Of a stretch of DNA of 64,000 nt, positions 1 through 9,423 are shown one piece after another. The position numbers and the translations under genes are program-made. The notes beneath the pieces are model-generated. The model did not search any database. It saw only the letters and a list, made by a program, of their open reading frames with translations, and had not been told where the DNA came from. The DNA comes from Chloroflexota bacterium (GTDB lineage Bacteria; Chloroflexota; Anaerolineae; UBA1429): positions 78,758-142,757 of the forward strand of contig JAAYDC010000012.1 in NCBI GenBank assembly GCA_012729455.1. The letters run 5' to 3'. Each line of letters starts with the position of its first letter. Within the stretch, counting starts at the first letter, position 1.

Positions 1-1
1 C

Positions 2-589
2 ATGCGCACCCTCGAAGTGATGCGCCAGCCGCTGGAAGACAAGACCGTAACCATCTCGCGGGCGTCGGGCTCGCTGGCCTTTCCGGCCAACTTTATGCTG
101 ATCGCGGCGATGAACCCCTGCCCGTGCGGCTACCATGGCGACCCGACCCACGCCTGCACCTGTTCTCCCGGGCTGGTGTTGAGCTATCAAAAGCGGATCT
201 CGGGGCCGATGCTCGACCGCATCGACATTGTGGTGGATGTGCCGCGCGTCGAATACGACAAGCTTGCCAGCAACGTCCTCGGCGAAAGCTCTGCGCAGGT
301 ACGCCAGCGCGTCGAGGCCGCCCGGCTGCGCCAGCAGGTCCGTTTTGCCGGCACGGGCCTGATGGGCAACGCCGATATGGGTCCGGGCGAGGTGCGCCGC
401 TACTGCGAGCTGGACGAAGCCGGGCGCGGATTGGTCAAAATGGCCATGCGCCAGCTGGGGCTTTCGGCGCGCGCCTACCATCGCGTGTTGAAACTGGCGC
501 GTACCATCGCCGACCTGGCGGCCAGCGATGCAATCCAGGTGACCCATTTGGCCGAGGCGCTGCAATATCGCCAGCGCCAGGAAGAATAG
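2..589 (+). CDS. comM: YifB/ComM family Mg-chelatase-like AAA+ ATPase, C-terminal part (5' end lies outside the window)
   Basis: The ORF runs from the window edge. The translation TVTISRA...FMLIAAMNPCPCGY...YHRVLKLARTIADL matches the sensor and C-terminal region typical of ComM/YifB. Confidence 0.85.
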   Translation: MRTLEVMRQPLEDKTVTISRASGSLAFPANFMLIAAMNPCPCGYHGDPTHACTCSPGLVLSYQKRISGPMLDRIDIVVDVPRVEYDKLASNVLGESSAQVRQRVEAARLRQQVRFAGTGLMGNADMGPGEVRRYCELDEAGRGLVKMAMRQLGLSARAYHRVLKLARTIADLAASDAIQVTHLAEALQYRQRQEE

Positions 590-598
590 AGGTTCGGC

Positions 599-1561
599 AT
601 GGCCACCCATGTCATCAACCCGACCAGGTTTCATTACACCTATGGCGTACAGTCCGAAGGGATCCCCATCCGCAGCGGCGACACCATCGTTGCCAAAACA
701 CGCGATGCCTTTGGCATGGACGAGACCGGTGCGCCGATGCCCGAGGCCTATATGCAGCAGGTGGCGGGCGTACAGCTGCGCCACTCGAACCCGACGGTCG
801 GCCCTTTTATCATAGAGGGCGCCGAACCGGGCGATCTGCTGCGCATCGAGATCCGGTCCATAACACTGAACCGCAGCTGGGGGCGCAGCCGGCAGGGGCC
901 GAACTTTGGCTCGCTGACGGGCGAAGGCCCCGGCAAGCGGATGCTCTATAACCCGCCGGTTCCGGAGATCTGGTACGATTGGCAGCTGGACCTCGAGCGC
1001 CAGGTTGGCACCCTGCAGCTGCCTGGTAGCCATCTGCAGATGGCCGAGGTACCGCTGGCGCCCTTTATCGGCTCGATCGGGGTAGCGCCCGCCTATGGAC
1101 ATGTCGAAATGACCCTCACGGCGGGCGAATATGGCGGCAACATGGATTGCCCCGATGTGGCAGCCGGCACCGTGCTGGAACTGCCGGTATGGACCAGGGG
1201 CGCCTACCTCCAGTTTGGCGACATCCACGCCCTGCAGGGCGACGGCGAGCTCAACGGCACGGCCGTCGAGGTCACCGCTGAGGTGACCCTGAACATCGAG
1301 CTGGTAAAGGGGCGCGGGGCTGCCTGGCCACGCCTGATCAGCCCCGGCGACATCATGGTGCTGGCCAGCACCCGCCCGCTGGATGACTGCGTGCGCATCG
1401 GGCAGATTGAGCTGCTCGAGTGGCTGGTGACGGAATATGGCTTTGCGCGCGAAGAAGCCTGGCAGCTCAACGCCCAGGTTGGCAGTATGCGCATCGGCAA
1501 CATGGTGGATCCGACCTATACGGTGGTCTCGCGCTTTCCGCGCCGCTATCTGCCGCGCTAG
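599..1561 (+). CDS. acetamidase/formamidase family protein
   Basis: 320 aa with GPFIIEGAEPGDLL, EYGGNMDC and GDIHALQGDGELNG motifs characteristic of the FmdA/AmdA family. Confidence 0.85.
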   Translation: MATHVINPTRFHYTYGVQSEGIPIRSGDTIVAKTRDAFGMDETGAPMPEAYMQQVAGVQLRHSNPTVGPFIIEGAEPGDLLRIEIRSITLNRSWGRSRQGPNFGSLTGEGPGKRMLYNPPVPEIWYDWQLDLERQVGTLQLPGSHLQMAEVPLAPFIGSIGVAPAYGHVEMTLTAGEYGGNMDCPDVAAGTVLELPVWTRGAYLQFGDIHALQGDGELNGTAVEVTAEVTLNIELVKGRGAAWPRLISPGDIMVLASTRPLDDCVRIGQIELLEWLVTEYGFAREEAWQLNAQVGSMRIGNMVDPTYTVVSRFPRRYLPR

Positions 1562-1689
1562 AGATCGTGTCTGCCTGACACCTGGGGTGTTATCAATAAT
1601 GACACACTTTTACAACTCGGTTGCGATGCGCGCGTAGTGCACATAAAAGGGTTGCTGCGGCACCAACCGGGCTGATTCGAAAGGTTTGC

Positions 1690-3684
1690 ATGAGTCAAAA
1701 CCAGGCTTTTTTTAGCTTGCGCGATGCACTGCGCGTTTTACGCAGCGACTTGCCCGGGCTGCGTGCGGCGATCAACGGCTCCCCTGGCTCGGCAGAAAAA
1801 CCCGCCATGCAGCCCTGGTTCGACAAGCTTAAGCATGTGGTGCTGCCCTCGCTCGACTTTAACCTGCCAGTCCTGCTGGTAGCCATCTCTGGCGGCGGCA
1901 GTGCCGGCAAATCGACCCTCTTTAACATGCTGGCTGGCAACGTCTTTTCGCGAGTGGGCTTTAAGGCTGGCCTGACCAAGCGCGTGCTGCTGGCCGGTCA
2001 TCCGGAGGTACTATCGAGCGCAGGCGTGGCGCAGGCGCTCCTGTATCGCCTGCACGAAACCCCGCAGCCCTGGCATACCGCCGATGACCTGCTGACCCCC
2101 GGAGCGCCCCTATATGCGACCTCAGAGAGCGTGCCCAAGAACCTGCTCCTGCTGGATACGCCCGATTTTGATACCGGCGAAGAAGGCCGTCTGCTCAACC
2201 GCGAAAAGGCCGAGCCTGTGTTGCGCGCGGCGGACGTGATCCTATACGTCTTTACCAACACGATCTATAACAACATGTCCAACACCCAGTTCATGGCGGA
2301 TGTGGTGGGCGGCATCGGCGGCCGGCCGGTGATCCTGGTGTACCGCATCTCGCGTGCCGCCAGCAATGCCGAGGTGCTGGAGCATTGCCGCGTGGTGGCC
2401 AACAAGCTTTTTCATCGGCCGCCGACCACAGAAGGCTTCCCCGAACAGATTGTGGGCACCTATCGCATGCCCGAATCGGACGCGGTCGCCCTGGGGCGCG
2501 AGGCCCCGCAGGTGATCCCGCTGGCGCCCATGACCGCCGGGCGTGATCTGAACCGCCTGCTGGCCGATCTGGATATCTCCAAACTCAAGCGTCAGATCTT
2601 TGATGCCGACCTGCGCGCCATCCGTCAGGATGGTTTGGCCGAGTTAGCGCAGCTGCGTGCCGAGGCGCAACAGGCGGCGCTCTATCGCTCGGCGCTGCAA
2701 AAGGCGATCAGTGAACAAGCCCTGGCATCGCTCAAGACTTTTCCGCTCAACGAAGCCGTCAGCCTAGCGACGCGTCTTTTTATCGAAACCGGGCCCAATT
2801 ACATCAAGCTGCTGCGCGGCACCGGGCGCTTTTTTGGCGCTCCCTTCCGGCTGCTCGTCAAGCTGGGGCAGCGCCTCAACGAGCTGAGCAATCCACCGCC
2901 CAAGCCGGCCGTCAAGATGGATCCGGAGGCGGTCCTCAGCCAGGACCTGCAGCTATCTGCCAACACCCTGCGCAACCGCCTGATGGATGACCGCCTGATC
3001 TTGCGGTTGACGCGCCGCGATGAGCTCTACCACGCCGCCGAGCATGCCCGGCGTTCGTTGCCCGATGCTACTGCCCCGCTGATTGAACCTTCCGGCGAAG
3101 GCACCGTCAATGTGCATGTCAGCGTGCCGGATGCCGTCCAGCGCCAGGAAGGCGCCATGGTCGACCAGGATTGGGAGGCGATCACTGCCATGCTGCGCGG
3201 CACAGCCCACGACCTGGTGGGCCTGCCGACCGATATCGAAGACGAACTCAGGGCGCTGGTAATCGATTTCCGCAGCCGTATGCCTTGGCAGGAGCAGCTG
3301 CGCGAGACGTTTTTTGCCTCGCTTTCGGCTCTGCCGCCGATCCTCGGGATCAGCTATGCCTTGCTGACCGTCAACCCGGTGGCAGGCACGGGGCTGTGGA
3401 TCCAGCTGCAGGGTATCTTTGGCCTCAACGATCTGTGGGCACTGGTATCGATCCCGGTATCGGCCGGGCTGAGCAGCCAGGAGCGCAAACAGCTGGAGAT
3501 GACCATCACGCCTGTGTTTCAGCTGTGGCTGCAAAGGCGCATGGAGATGATCATTAACATATTCAGTCGGACAGTCTGCAAGCCTGTGCTGGACGTTCTC
3601 GACCGCATCCCGCAGCCCGACGACCCGCGTTTTGAGCGGCTTGAACAGGCATTCCACACCCTCGAGGCCAGGCATGAGAGCTAA
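1690..3684 (+). CDS. dynamin-like P-loop GTPase, paralog 1 (hydrophobic paddle-like segment near the C-terminus)
   Basis: P-loop VAISGGGSAGKSTLFNMLAG, then hydrophobic strand plus LLLLDTPDFDTG in Dynamin_N-like order. A long helical region follows. Start taken at ATG 1690 (GAAAGG 7 nt upstream) rather than ORF-track position 1621. Confidence 0.6.
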   Translation: MSQNQAFFSLRDALRVLRSDLPGLRAAINGSPGSAEKPAMQPWFDKLKHVVLPSLDFNLPVLLVAISGGGSAGKSTLFNMLAGNVFSRVGFKAGLTKRVLLAGHPEVLSSAGVAQALLYRLHETPQPWHTADDLLTPGAPLYATSESVPKNLLLLDTPDFDTGEEGRLLNREKAEPVLRAADVILYVFTNTIYNNMSNTQFMADVVGGIGGRPVILVYRISRAASNAEVLEHCRVVANKLFHRPPTTEGFPEQIVGTYRMPESDAVALGREAPQVIPLAPMTAGRDLNRLLADLDISKLKRQIFDADLRAIRQDGLAELAQLRAEAQQAALYRSALQKAISEQALASLKTFPLNEAVSLATRLFIETGPNYIKLLRGTGRFFGAPFRLLVKLGQRLNELSNPPPKPAVKMDPEAVLSQDLQLSANTLRNRLMDDRLILRLTRRDELYHAAEHARRSLPDATAPLIEPSGEGTVNVHVSVPDAVQRQEGAMVDQDWEAITAMLRGTAHDLVGLPTDIEDELRALVIDFRSRMPWQEQLRETFFASLSALPPILGISYALLTVNPVAGTGLWIQLQGIFGLNDLWALVSIPVSAGLSSQERKQLEMTITPVFQLWLQRRMEMIINIFSRTVCKPVLDVLDRIPQPDDPRFERLEQAFHTLEARHES

Positions 3685-5398
3685 CAGTTTATATAACCAA
3701 ACGGCAGATTCGCTGATGCTGCGCGGGATTAACCACCTGGCAGAGACCAGCGCTGACCTGAATGAGTTGCAGTGTGCTCTCAAAGAGGCGCGCGCCTGGA
3801 AGCCGGCCGCTGGGCTGTTGGCTGAGGTCGCCTGGGCGCAGGATAAAGTCGCCCAACTGGGCGCCTCGTGGGGCCACAAACTGATCGTGGCGCTGGTGGG
3901 ACCATCGGGGGCTGGCAAATCGACGTTGCTGAACGCCCTGGCGGGCAAGGAACTCTCCGCCAGCGGTATTGAGCGCCCGACCACCCGCCAAATTGTGGTG
4001 TATGTGCGTGCCATCGAGGATGCCGACGATCTGGTGCAGCACTGCGGCAGTGCTCAGGTGCAGGTGGTAACGGATTACGAAGCCGCCGGCCTGGAGCACC
4101 TCGTGCTGGTCGACAGCCCGGATACCAATACCATCCCCGAAAACCAGGCGCTTCTGCGCTGTGTGCTTGAGCGCGCCGACCTGCTGATCACCATGTTCCC
4201 GGCGCTTAACCCCAAGCTGGGGGATAATGTTTCCTTTCTGCGTCCGTATGTAGCCATGCTGCCATCGGACGCGATCATCCCGGTGCTGAACTGGGTCGAC
4301 CGTGTGCCGCGCGGCGAGCTGGAAGAGGTGATCGTGCCCGATTTCAAACGCTGGATCGCCCAGGAGTGGGGCTTACAGACGCCTCCTTTCCTCGTCTCGG
4401 CCAAGAGCAGCGTGCCCGGTGTGCGCTTTATGCACGATGAACAGCCGCTGCACAACATCAACCAGATCGACGAGCTGCGCAGTTTTATCTTTGGCTCGCT
4501 TGACCGTGCCGAACAGCTCAGCGATCGGCGCCTCGAACGCGCCAACCATATCCTGCAGCTGGTGAGGAGCGATATCCACCGCGCGCTGGCTGAGCAGGCT
4601 CCGCAACGCGCCGCTGCACGCCAGCTGCTCAACGAAATCGGCAGCGAGGCTACCCGTTCGCTCACCCAGGCACCGCTCAGTGCCAGTCTGACGGCTCAGA
4701 TGAACTCGAACCTCTACACCGACCTTGGTCAGTGCTGGTGGGGTCCGGTCGGCTGGCTGATCGTGGTCTGGTCGCTGATCCTCAAGCTCGCCGGCGCCGT
4801 GAGCCAGCTGTTTCGGCGCAACCGCCTGACCTTGCCGCTGCGTGCTACCCAGACCGAGCAGGACTCGCTGATCGCAGCCTCGCGCGAGCTGGCCGGCTGG
4901 GCATCGCGCATCGAACAGCTGCATGCCGACCGCTGGCCGCCAGCGATCAGTGCCCTGCGCGCGGCCGGCTTTAACAACGAGCTCTTGAAACCCGATGTGT
5001 GGGATACCTGGGTCAGCCGACGCAGCCAACAGCTCACCGAGCAGTGGGGGATGGCCTACCGCGAGTGCATTGAGCGTGCCGCCGAACAGCTTTCGTTCTG
5101 GCTGGTGCAGCTGGTGTTTAACCTGCCGGTGGTGGCGGTATTGGGGTGGCTGGCTTACCAGACGGTGAACGGCTTTATCCAGCAGCAGTATTTCACGCTG
5201 GATTATTTCCGTCACTCGGGCATTACGGCCCTGCTGGTGTGGCTGGGCAGCTTTATCCTGCTGCAGATCGTCGTCACGATCGTAGTCCGCGGGGCTATGA
5301 AAAAGGCGTTGATGTGGGTCATCCGCAAGGAATCTCGCTCAGAGGCACCTCTGCTGGAGCAGTTCCGTGCGCTGGATACACTCGAGGCGCTCTGCTGA
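3674..5398 (+). CDS. dynamin-like P-loop GTPase, paralog 2, with C-terminal transmembrane segments
   Basis: P-loop LVGPSGAGKSTLLNALAG, LVLVDSPDTNT, and LNWVDRV as a possible NKxD remnant. Three hydrophobic helices lie in the last ~190 aa. ATG 3674 overlaps the upstream stop (3682-3684) by 11 nt. Confidence 0.6.
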   Translation: MRANSLYNQTADSLMLRGINHLAETSADLNELQCALKEARAWKPAAGLLAEVAWAQDKVAQLGASWGHKLIVALVGPSGAGKSTLLNALAGKELSASGIERPTTRQIVVYVRAIEDADDLVQHCGSAQVQVVTDYEAAGLEHLVLVDSPDTNTIPENQALLRCVLERADLLITMFPALNPKLGDNVSFLRPYVAMLPSDAIIPVLNWVDRVPRGELEEVIVPDFKRWIAQEWGLQTPPFLVSAKSSVPGVRFMHDEQPLHNINQIDELRSFIFGSLDRAEQLSDRRLERANHILQLVRSDIHRALAEQAPQRAAARQLLNEIGSEATRSLTQAPLSASLTAQMNSNLYTDLGQCWWGPVGWLIVVWSLILKLAGAVSQLFRRNRLTLPLRATQTEQDSLIAASRELAGWASRIEQLHADRWPPAISALRAAGFNNELLKPDVWDTWVSRRSQQLTEQWGMAYRECIERAAEQLSFWLVQLVFNLPVVAVLGWLAYQTVNGFIQQQYFTLDYFRHSGITALLVWLGSFILLQIVVTIVVRGAMKKALMWVIRKESRSEAPLLEQFRALDTLEALC

Positions 5399-5446
5399 GA
5401 TAACAAGAACCCCTGTCTTGCGCAGACAGAGGCTTGTAATATCCAG

Positions 5447-5519
5447 AGCCACCCAAGAGAATTGAACTCTTAACCTGGCGCTTACGAAGCGTCTGCTCTG
5501 CCGATTGAGCTAGGGTGGC
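5447..5519 (-). tRNA. tRNA-Thr (anticodon CGU)
   Basis: Hand-folded cloverleaf on the minus strand. Acceptor GCCACCC/GGGTGGC, D stem GCTC/GAGC, anticodon loop TTCGTAA, T arm AAGAG-TTCAATT-CTCTT. One A-C mismatch in the anticodon stem. No encoded CCA. Confidence 0.9.
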
Positions 5520-5559
5520 GTGAGGGTCTAGTATAAACTGGCGCTGGCAGAGCGTCAAA

Positions 5560-6651
5560 TCAGGCTGATTTTATGCGGATCGGACTAGAGAATATCCAAC
5601 CGCGCTCATGCAGCAAATAAGGCTTGTATACTTCAACGCGGTAGACGCCCGGCTCGCTGGTGGTATACACCAGGCGCATACTGCGCTCCTGCGCCACCAC
5701 CAGGCCATCACGCAGCAGGCGGATGTTGGCGCGCTGCGGGATCGTCACCTCAAAGCGCACCGGCCAGCCGTTGCCCTCCGCCTCCAAAGATACGCTTTCG
5801 CCAATGGTATAGGTAGCCTCGTTATACACGGCATTAAAGTCAAACCCCCGCGCCGACGCCAGTCCATCGTAGGCGACAAAGGAGCGTCCTTTAGCCAAGG
5901 CATCATAAACCAGGCCGGCATCATGGGCCAAGTCGCCGTTCCACTGTTGTTCCACCAGGATGTGGGTGTTCACCATCCGGAAGAGGTGTTCATAGCTGAA
6001 CACCTGGCGCTTGAACAGCCCGCGTTTGTAAGTGATAGCGTGCGCATCCGACCCGCCGATGGCCCACACATCGCGATGCATAAGAGCCTGATCCCAGGCG
6101 GATAGTGTCGAGGCGAATGGACCGCGGATAGCCAGACTGGGGAAGAACACGTACAGGAGCATCCGTCCGACCGTATCCAAGTGCGACTTGAACTCGGACA
6201 TATAGTTCCAGATCTCGATACCGCTGTAGCCCTGCACCGACCACTGATCCCAATTGAAGGATCTTTCACGCGCAGCTTTGCTGGCCAGGTCGATGGGGTG
6301 CGCAATATAGCTCTGACCGCCGTATTCGGCGACAGTATCGATCAAGTGTTGCGGATCGCCGGCATGGCCAAGCAGGTCCTCTTGGGCGCCTATCACCAGT
6401 AGGTGGTTGCCGTGGCTGGATTCCAGCGCGCGCAACTCTTGCCCCACCAATAACAGCACACCACCCTTCCACCCCTGATGGGCGGGCAGATAGACGTCGT
6501 GATCCGTCACGATGATGAAATCGAGCCCGGCTTTGGTAGCCGCTTGAGCCACCGCGTCGTGACTGGCGGAACCATCCGAGGCCAGAGTGTGAATATGCAG
6601 GTTGCCCACCCGCTCGCAGTATGGCACGCAGCTGTAGGGCGCTTTATCCAT
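5560..6651 (-). CDS. PHP-domain metallohydrolase (CehA/McbA-like)
   Basis: LHIHTLASDGS...DFIIVTDHD...YIAHP motifs. Start chosen at ATG 6651 (MDKAPY...), overlapping the trmI stop by 8 nt. Confidence 0.75.
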   Translation of the reverse strand: MDKAPYSCVPYCERVGNLHIHTLASDGSASHDAVAQAATKAGLDFIIVTDHDVYLPAHQGWKGGVLLLVGQELRALESSHGNHLLVIGAQEDLLGHAGDPQHLIDTVAEYGGQSYIAHPIDLASKAARERSFNWDQWSVQGYSGIEIWNYMSEFKSHLDTVGRMLLYVFFPSLAIRGPFASTLSAWDQALMHRDVWAIGGSDAHAITYKRGLFKRQVFSYEHLFRMVNTHILVEQQWNGDLAHDAGLVYDALAKGRSFVAYDGLASARGFDFNAVYNEATYTIGESVSLEAEGNGWPVRFEVTIPQRANIRLLRDGLVVAQERSMRLVYTTSEPGVYRVEVYKPYLLHERGWIFSSPIRIKSA

Positions 6652-7504
6652 CACCGTCGCGCTCCTCATCCGGCAGCCCGGGCGGTAGGTCGTCATAGAC
6701 CTCGTCATGTCCGGAATTATCGCGCGGCGGCAGTTCACCGGCGATCTTGCGCGCAAAGATCAGATAACCCGTATGCCCGATCATGCGGTCCTCCGGTCGC
6801 AGACGCGCCGGCACCGGCTTGTAGCGACGCTCCATGATCTCGATCACTTCCAGGTTGGTAAAGGGATAACGGTTCAGCTCGTTGAGCAGCCAGGAGACCT
6901 GATTGGCAGTGGGAACGATCGACCCGAAAAAGCCGCCATCCGCGAGTGCTTCGCACACCTGCGTCATATACAGCCACGGCTCACGTACATCCAAAAAGAG
7001 CGCGTCGGCGTCGGATTCGGTAAAGCCGGCCGTGATATCATGGTGCAGGAGGGTAGCGCGCTCGGCCACGCCAGCCGCCTCGAGGTTGTAGCGTGCGATC
7101 TGCAGCATGTCTTCGCGCGCCTCGTAGGAATAGATCATGCCATCGGCGCGGATAGTAGCCGCCATAGCGGTCGTCAGGGCGCCGCTGCCGGTGCCAGCTT
7201 CGATCACCTTAAGAGCGCGCGCCACATTCAGGCGCAGGAGGATCTGGCCGATCTCTTTGGGAAAGATGATCTGCGAATTGCGTTTGATGTGCAGCAAGAG
7301 GTCGTGCATCGAAGGCGGCAGCACCATAAAAGGCTGTCCCATGCGCGAGGTAACCTCGCGCCCGAGGGGAGCATCGAGGATATCGTCATGCGCAACCACC
7401 CCACGATGGGTGTGAAACATATCTCCGCGCTTCAGGCGGACCAGGTATTCCTTGTGATCGCGTGAGATCAGCAGCACGCGATCATTTTCTTGTGCAAGCT
7501 TCAA
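6644..7504 (-). CDS. trmI: tRNA (adenine-N1)-methyltransferase TrmI/Gcd14 family
   Basis: N-terminal LLISRDHKEYLVRLKRG...HTHRG fold followed by the SAM motif VIEAGTGSGALT. Confidence 0.85.
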   Translation of the reverse strand: MKLAQENDRVLLISRDHKEYLVRLKRGDMFHTHRGVVAHDDILDAPLGREVTSRMGQPFMVLPPSMHDLLLHIKRNSQIIFPKEIGQILLRLNVARALKVIEAGTGSGALTTAMAATIRADGMIYSYEAREDMLQIARYNLEAAGVAERATLLHHDITAGFTESDADALFLDVREPWLYMTQVCEALADGGFFGSIVPTANQVSWLLNELNRYPFTNLEVIEIMERRYKPVPARLRPEDRMIGHTGYLIFARKIAGELPPRDNSGHDEVYDDLPPGLPDEERDGDG

Positions 7505-7578
7505 CAGTTACTCCGAGTTTCAGCACGTGTCATCATTATACGGAGCCGCCCTTGCTCGGCAAGAATGAACCGGTTTCG

Positions 7579-7606
7579 TTGCGTAAATCGCTAGCATTAG
7601 TACAAT
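7579..7606 (+). promoter_or_regulatory. candidate sigma70-type promoter for the ABC exporter operon
   Basis: TTGCGT, 16-nt spacer, TACAAT, about 27 nt upstream of ATG 7633. Confidence 0.35.
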
Positions 7607-7632
7607 TGCTTTCATATAGTTAGCAGGTATGC

Positions 7633-9423
7633 ATGCAAGAATTCGAAGTCCAGGACCGCGTTCGCTACAATCGCTCTTCCCCCACCCGGTGGTTGATTTC
7701 GCATTTCGCGCGCTATCCACTGCTGCCCATTGCCATGGTGTTATGTGCCATTGGCGAAAACGTGGCAATGGGTTATTCGCGCATCATCATAGGCCGGGCC
7801 TTTAGCTGGATTGGAGAATCCGCGCCGCAGCTTTCCAGCCTGATTACCCTGGTATTGCTGAAAGCCGTTGCGCGCTTTGGCCAGGCCGCCTTTCAGCTGG
7901 GGCGTAACATGTCCACCCAGTTCCTGGGTGAACAGGTCGAGCGCGACTGCCGTGACGAGTTGTACGTCTCGCTCCTGGGTAAGAGCCTGACCTATCACCG
8001 TCAGCAACGCGTAGGCGACATGATGGCGCGCGCCACCAACGACGTCCGCCAGATCAACATCATGGCCAATCCAGGCCTTAACATGATTTTCGCCTCGATC
8101 ATGAACGTGGTTGTATCGCTTGTGATGATTGCCTCGCTGCGCCTCGAGCTGCTGTTGGTGCCGGGCATCTTTGCCATCGTCCTGGCGGCGCTCTTGCGCG
8201 GATATCTGCGCCAACTGCATCCAGTCACCGATGCCATGCGCCAGCAGTTCGGCGCCATGAACGCCGGCCTCGAAGAGACGCTTTCGGGCATTGAGGTGGT
8301 CAAGGCCAACTCCCAGGAAGAACAGGAACAGGCCAAGTTTACCAGCAACGCCCTCAACTTTCGCAACCTGTTCGTCAAACAGGGCGATATCCAGGCGCGC
8401 TACCTGCCCTTTTTGGCCTACAGCATTACCTATGGGTTAGCCTTTCTGCACGCCGTGCTGATCTATATACGCGGTGATAGCTTTGGCATCGGCGATATCA
8501 TCTCCTATATGGGGCTGATCTTTATGCTGCGCTCTCCCACCTTCTTTTCACTCTTTTCGTTCCTGCTGGTGCAGATGGGCTACTCGAGCGCCCAGCGCAT
8601 TCTGAGCGTCTTGAATGCCAAGACCGAGCTGGCCGAAGTGCCGGATGCCTACAACGCCACCATCAGCGGCGAGGTCGCCTTTGAAAATGTGCGCTTCAGA
8701 TACCCCACCACCGGCGATGTGCTGACCAACATCAGCTTTCACGTTAACGCCGGCGAGACGATAGCCATCGTTGGCCAGACGGGCTCGGGCAAGAGCACCC
8801 TCACTCAGCTGATCAACCGCGTCTACGATACCACCGAAGGCAGAGTGCTGGTGGATGGTGTGGACGTGCGCGATTGGAGCCTGGAAGGCTTGCGCTCGCA
8901 GATCGCCACCATCGAGCAAGACCTTTTTCTGTTTTCTCGCACCATCGCCGACAATATCACCTTTGGGGTAGGCCGGCATGCCACCCAGGAAGAGATCGAG
9001 TGCGTCTCGCGCGAAGCTCAGGCGCACGACTTTATCATGAGCTTTCCAGATGGCTACCAGACAGTGGTGGGCGAGCGCGGGGTAACGCTTTCGGGCGGAC
9101 AGCGCCAGCGCATCGCCATCGCGCGTGCCTTTCTCACCAACCCGCGCATCCTGGTGCTGGATGACTCTACCAGTGCTATCGACAGTCAGACCGAAGACGA
9201 GATCCAAAAGGCCATGTATCGTGTTCAACAAGGGCGCACGGTCTTTTTGATCACCCACCGCCTGTCGCAGATCCGTTGGGCCGACCGCATCATCGTGCTG
9301 CAGGATGGCCACATTGCCGACCAAGGCACCCACGACGAGCTGCTGGCGCGCAGCCTGCTGTATCGCCGGATATTTGATCCCTTTGCCGACCTGGCACAAG
9401 ACGCTTCCGAAGGAGCCTCCTGA
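7633..9423 (+). CDS. ABC exporter fused permease/ATPase, subunit with degenerate catalytic site
   Basis: Six-TM N-terminal half. Walker A GQTGSGKST, signature LSGGQRQR, Walker B ILVLDDS (Asp in place of the catalytic Glu), H-loop ITHRLS. Confidence 0.9.
   Translation: MQEFEVQDRVRYNRSSPTRWLISHFARYPLLPIAMVLCAIGENVAMGYSRIIIGRAFSWIGESAPQLSSLITLVLLKAVARFGQAAFQLGRNMSTQFLGEQVERDCRDELYVSLLGKSLTYHRQQRVGDMMARATNDVRQINIMANPGLNMIFASIMNVVVSLVMIASLRLELLLVPGIFAIVLAALLRGYLRQLHPVTDAMRQQFGAMNAGLEETLSGIEVVKANSQEEQEQAKFTSNALNFRNLFVKQGDIQARYLPFLAYSITYGLAFLHAVLIYIRGDSFGIGDIISYMGLIFMLRSPTFFSLFSFLLVQMGYSSAQRILSVLNAKTELAEVPDAYNATISGEVAFENVRFRYPTTGDVLTNISFHVNAGETIAIVGQTGSGKSTLTQLINRVYDTTEGRVLVDGVDVRDWSLEGLRSQIATIEQDLFLFSRTIADNITFGVGRHATQEEIECVSREAQAHDFIMSFPDGYQTVVGERGVTLSGGQRQRIAIARAFLTNPRILVLDDSTSAIDSQTEDEIQKAMYRVQQGRTVFLITHRLSQIRWADRIIVLQDGHIADQGTHDELLARSLLYRRIFDPFADLAQDASEGAS

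Noticed and set aside
2953-4014. 353-aa ORF antisense to the two GTPase genes.
   Set aside because: This is a typical high-GC shadow ORF. It is Arg/Ala/Pro-rich with no recognisable motifs, and it fully overlaps confidently motif-supported genes on the other strand.
5447-5519. tRNA-Thr and tRNA-Pro (30295-30368) as integration sites of genomic islands.
   Set aside because: No integrase, recombinase, direct repeat of the tRNA 3' end, or compositional break was seen next to either tRNA.
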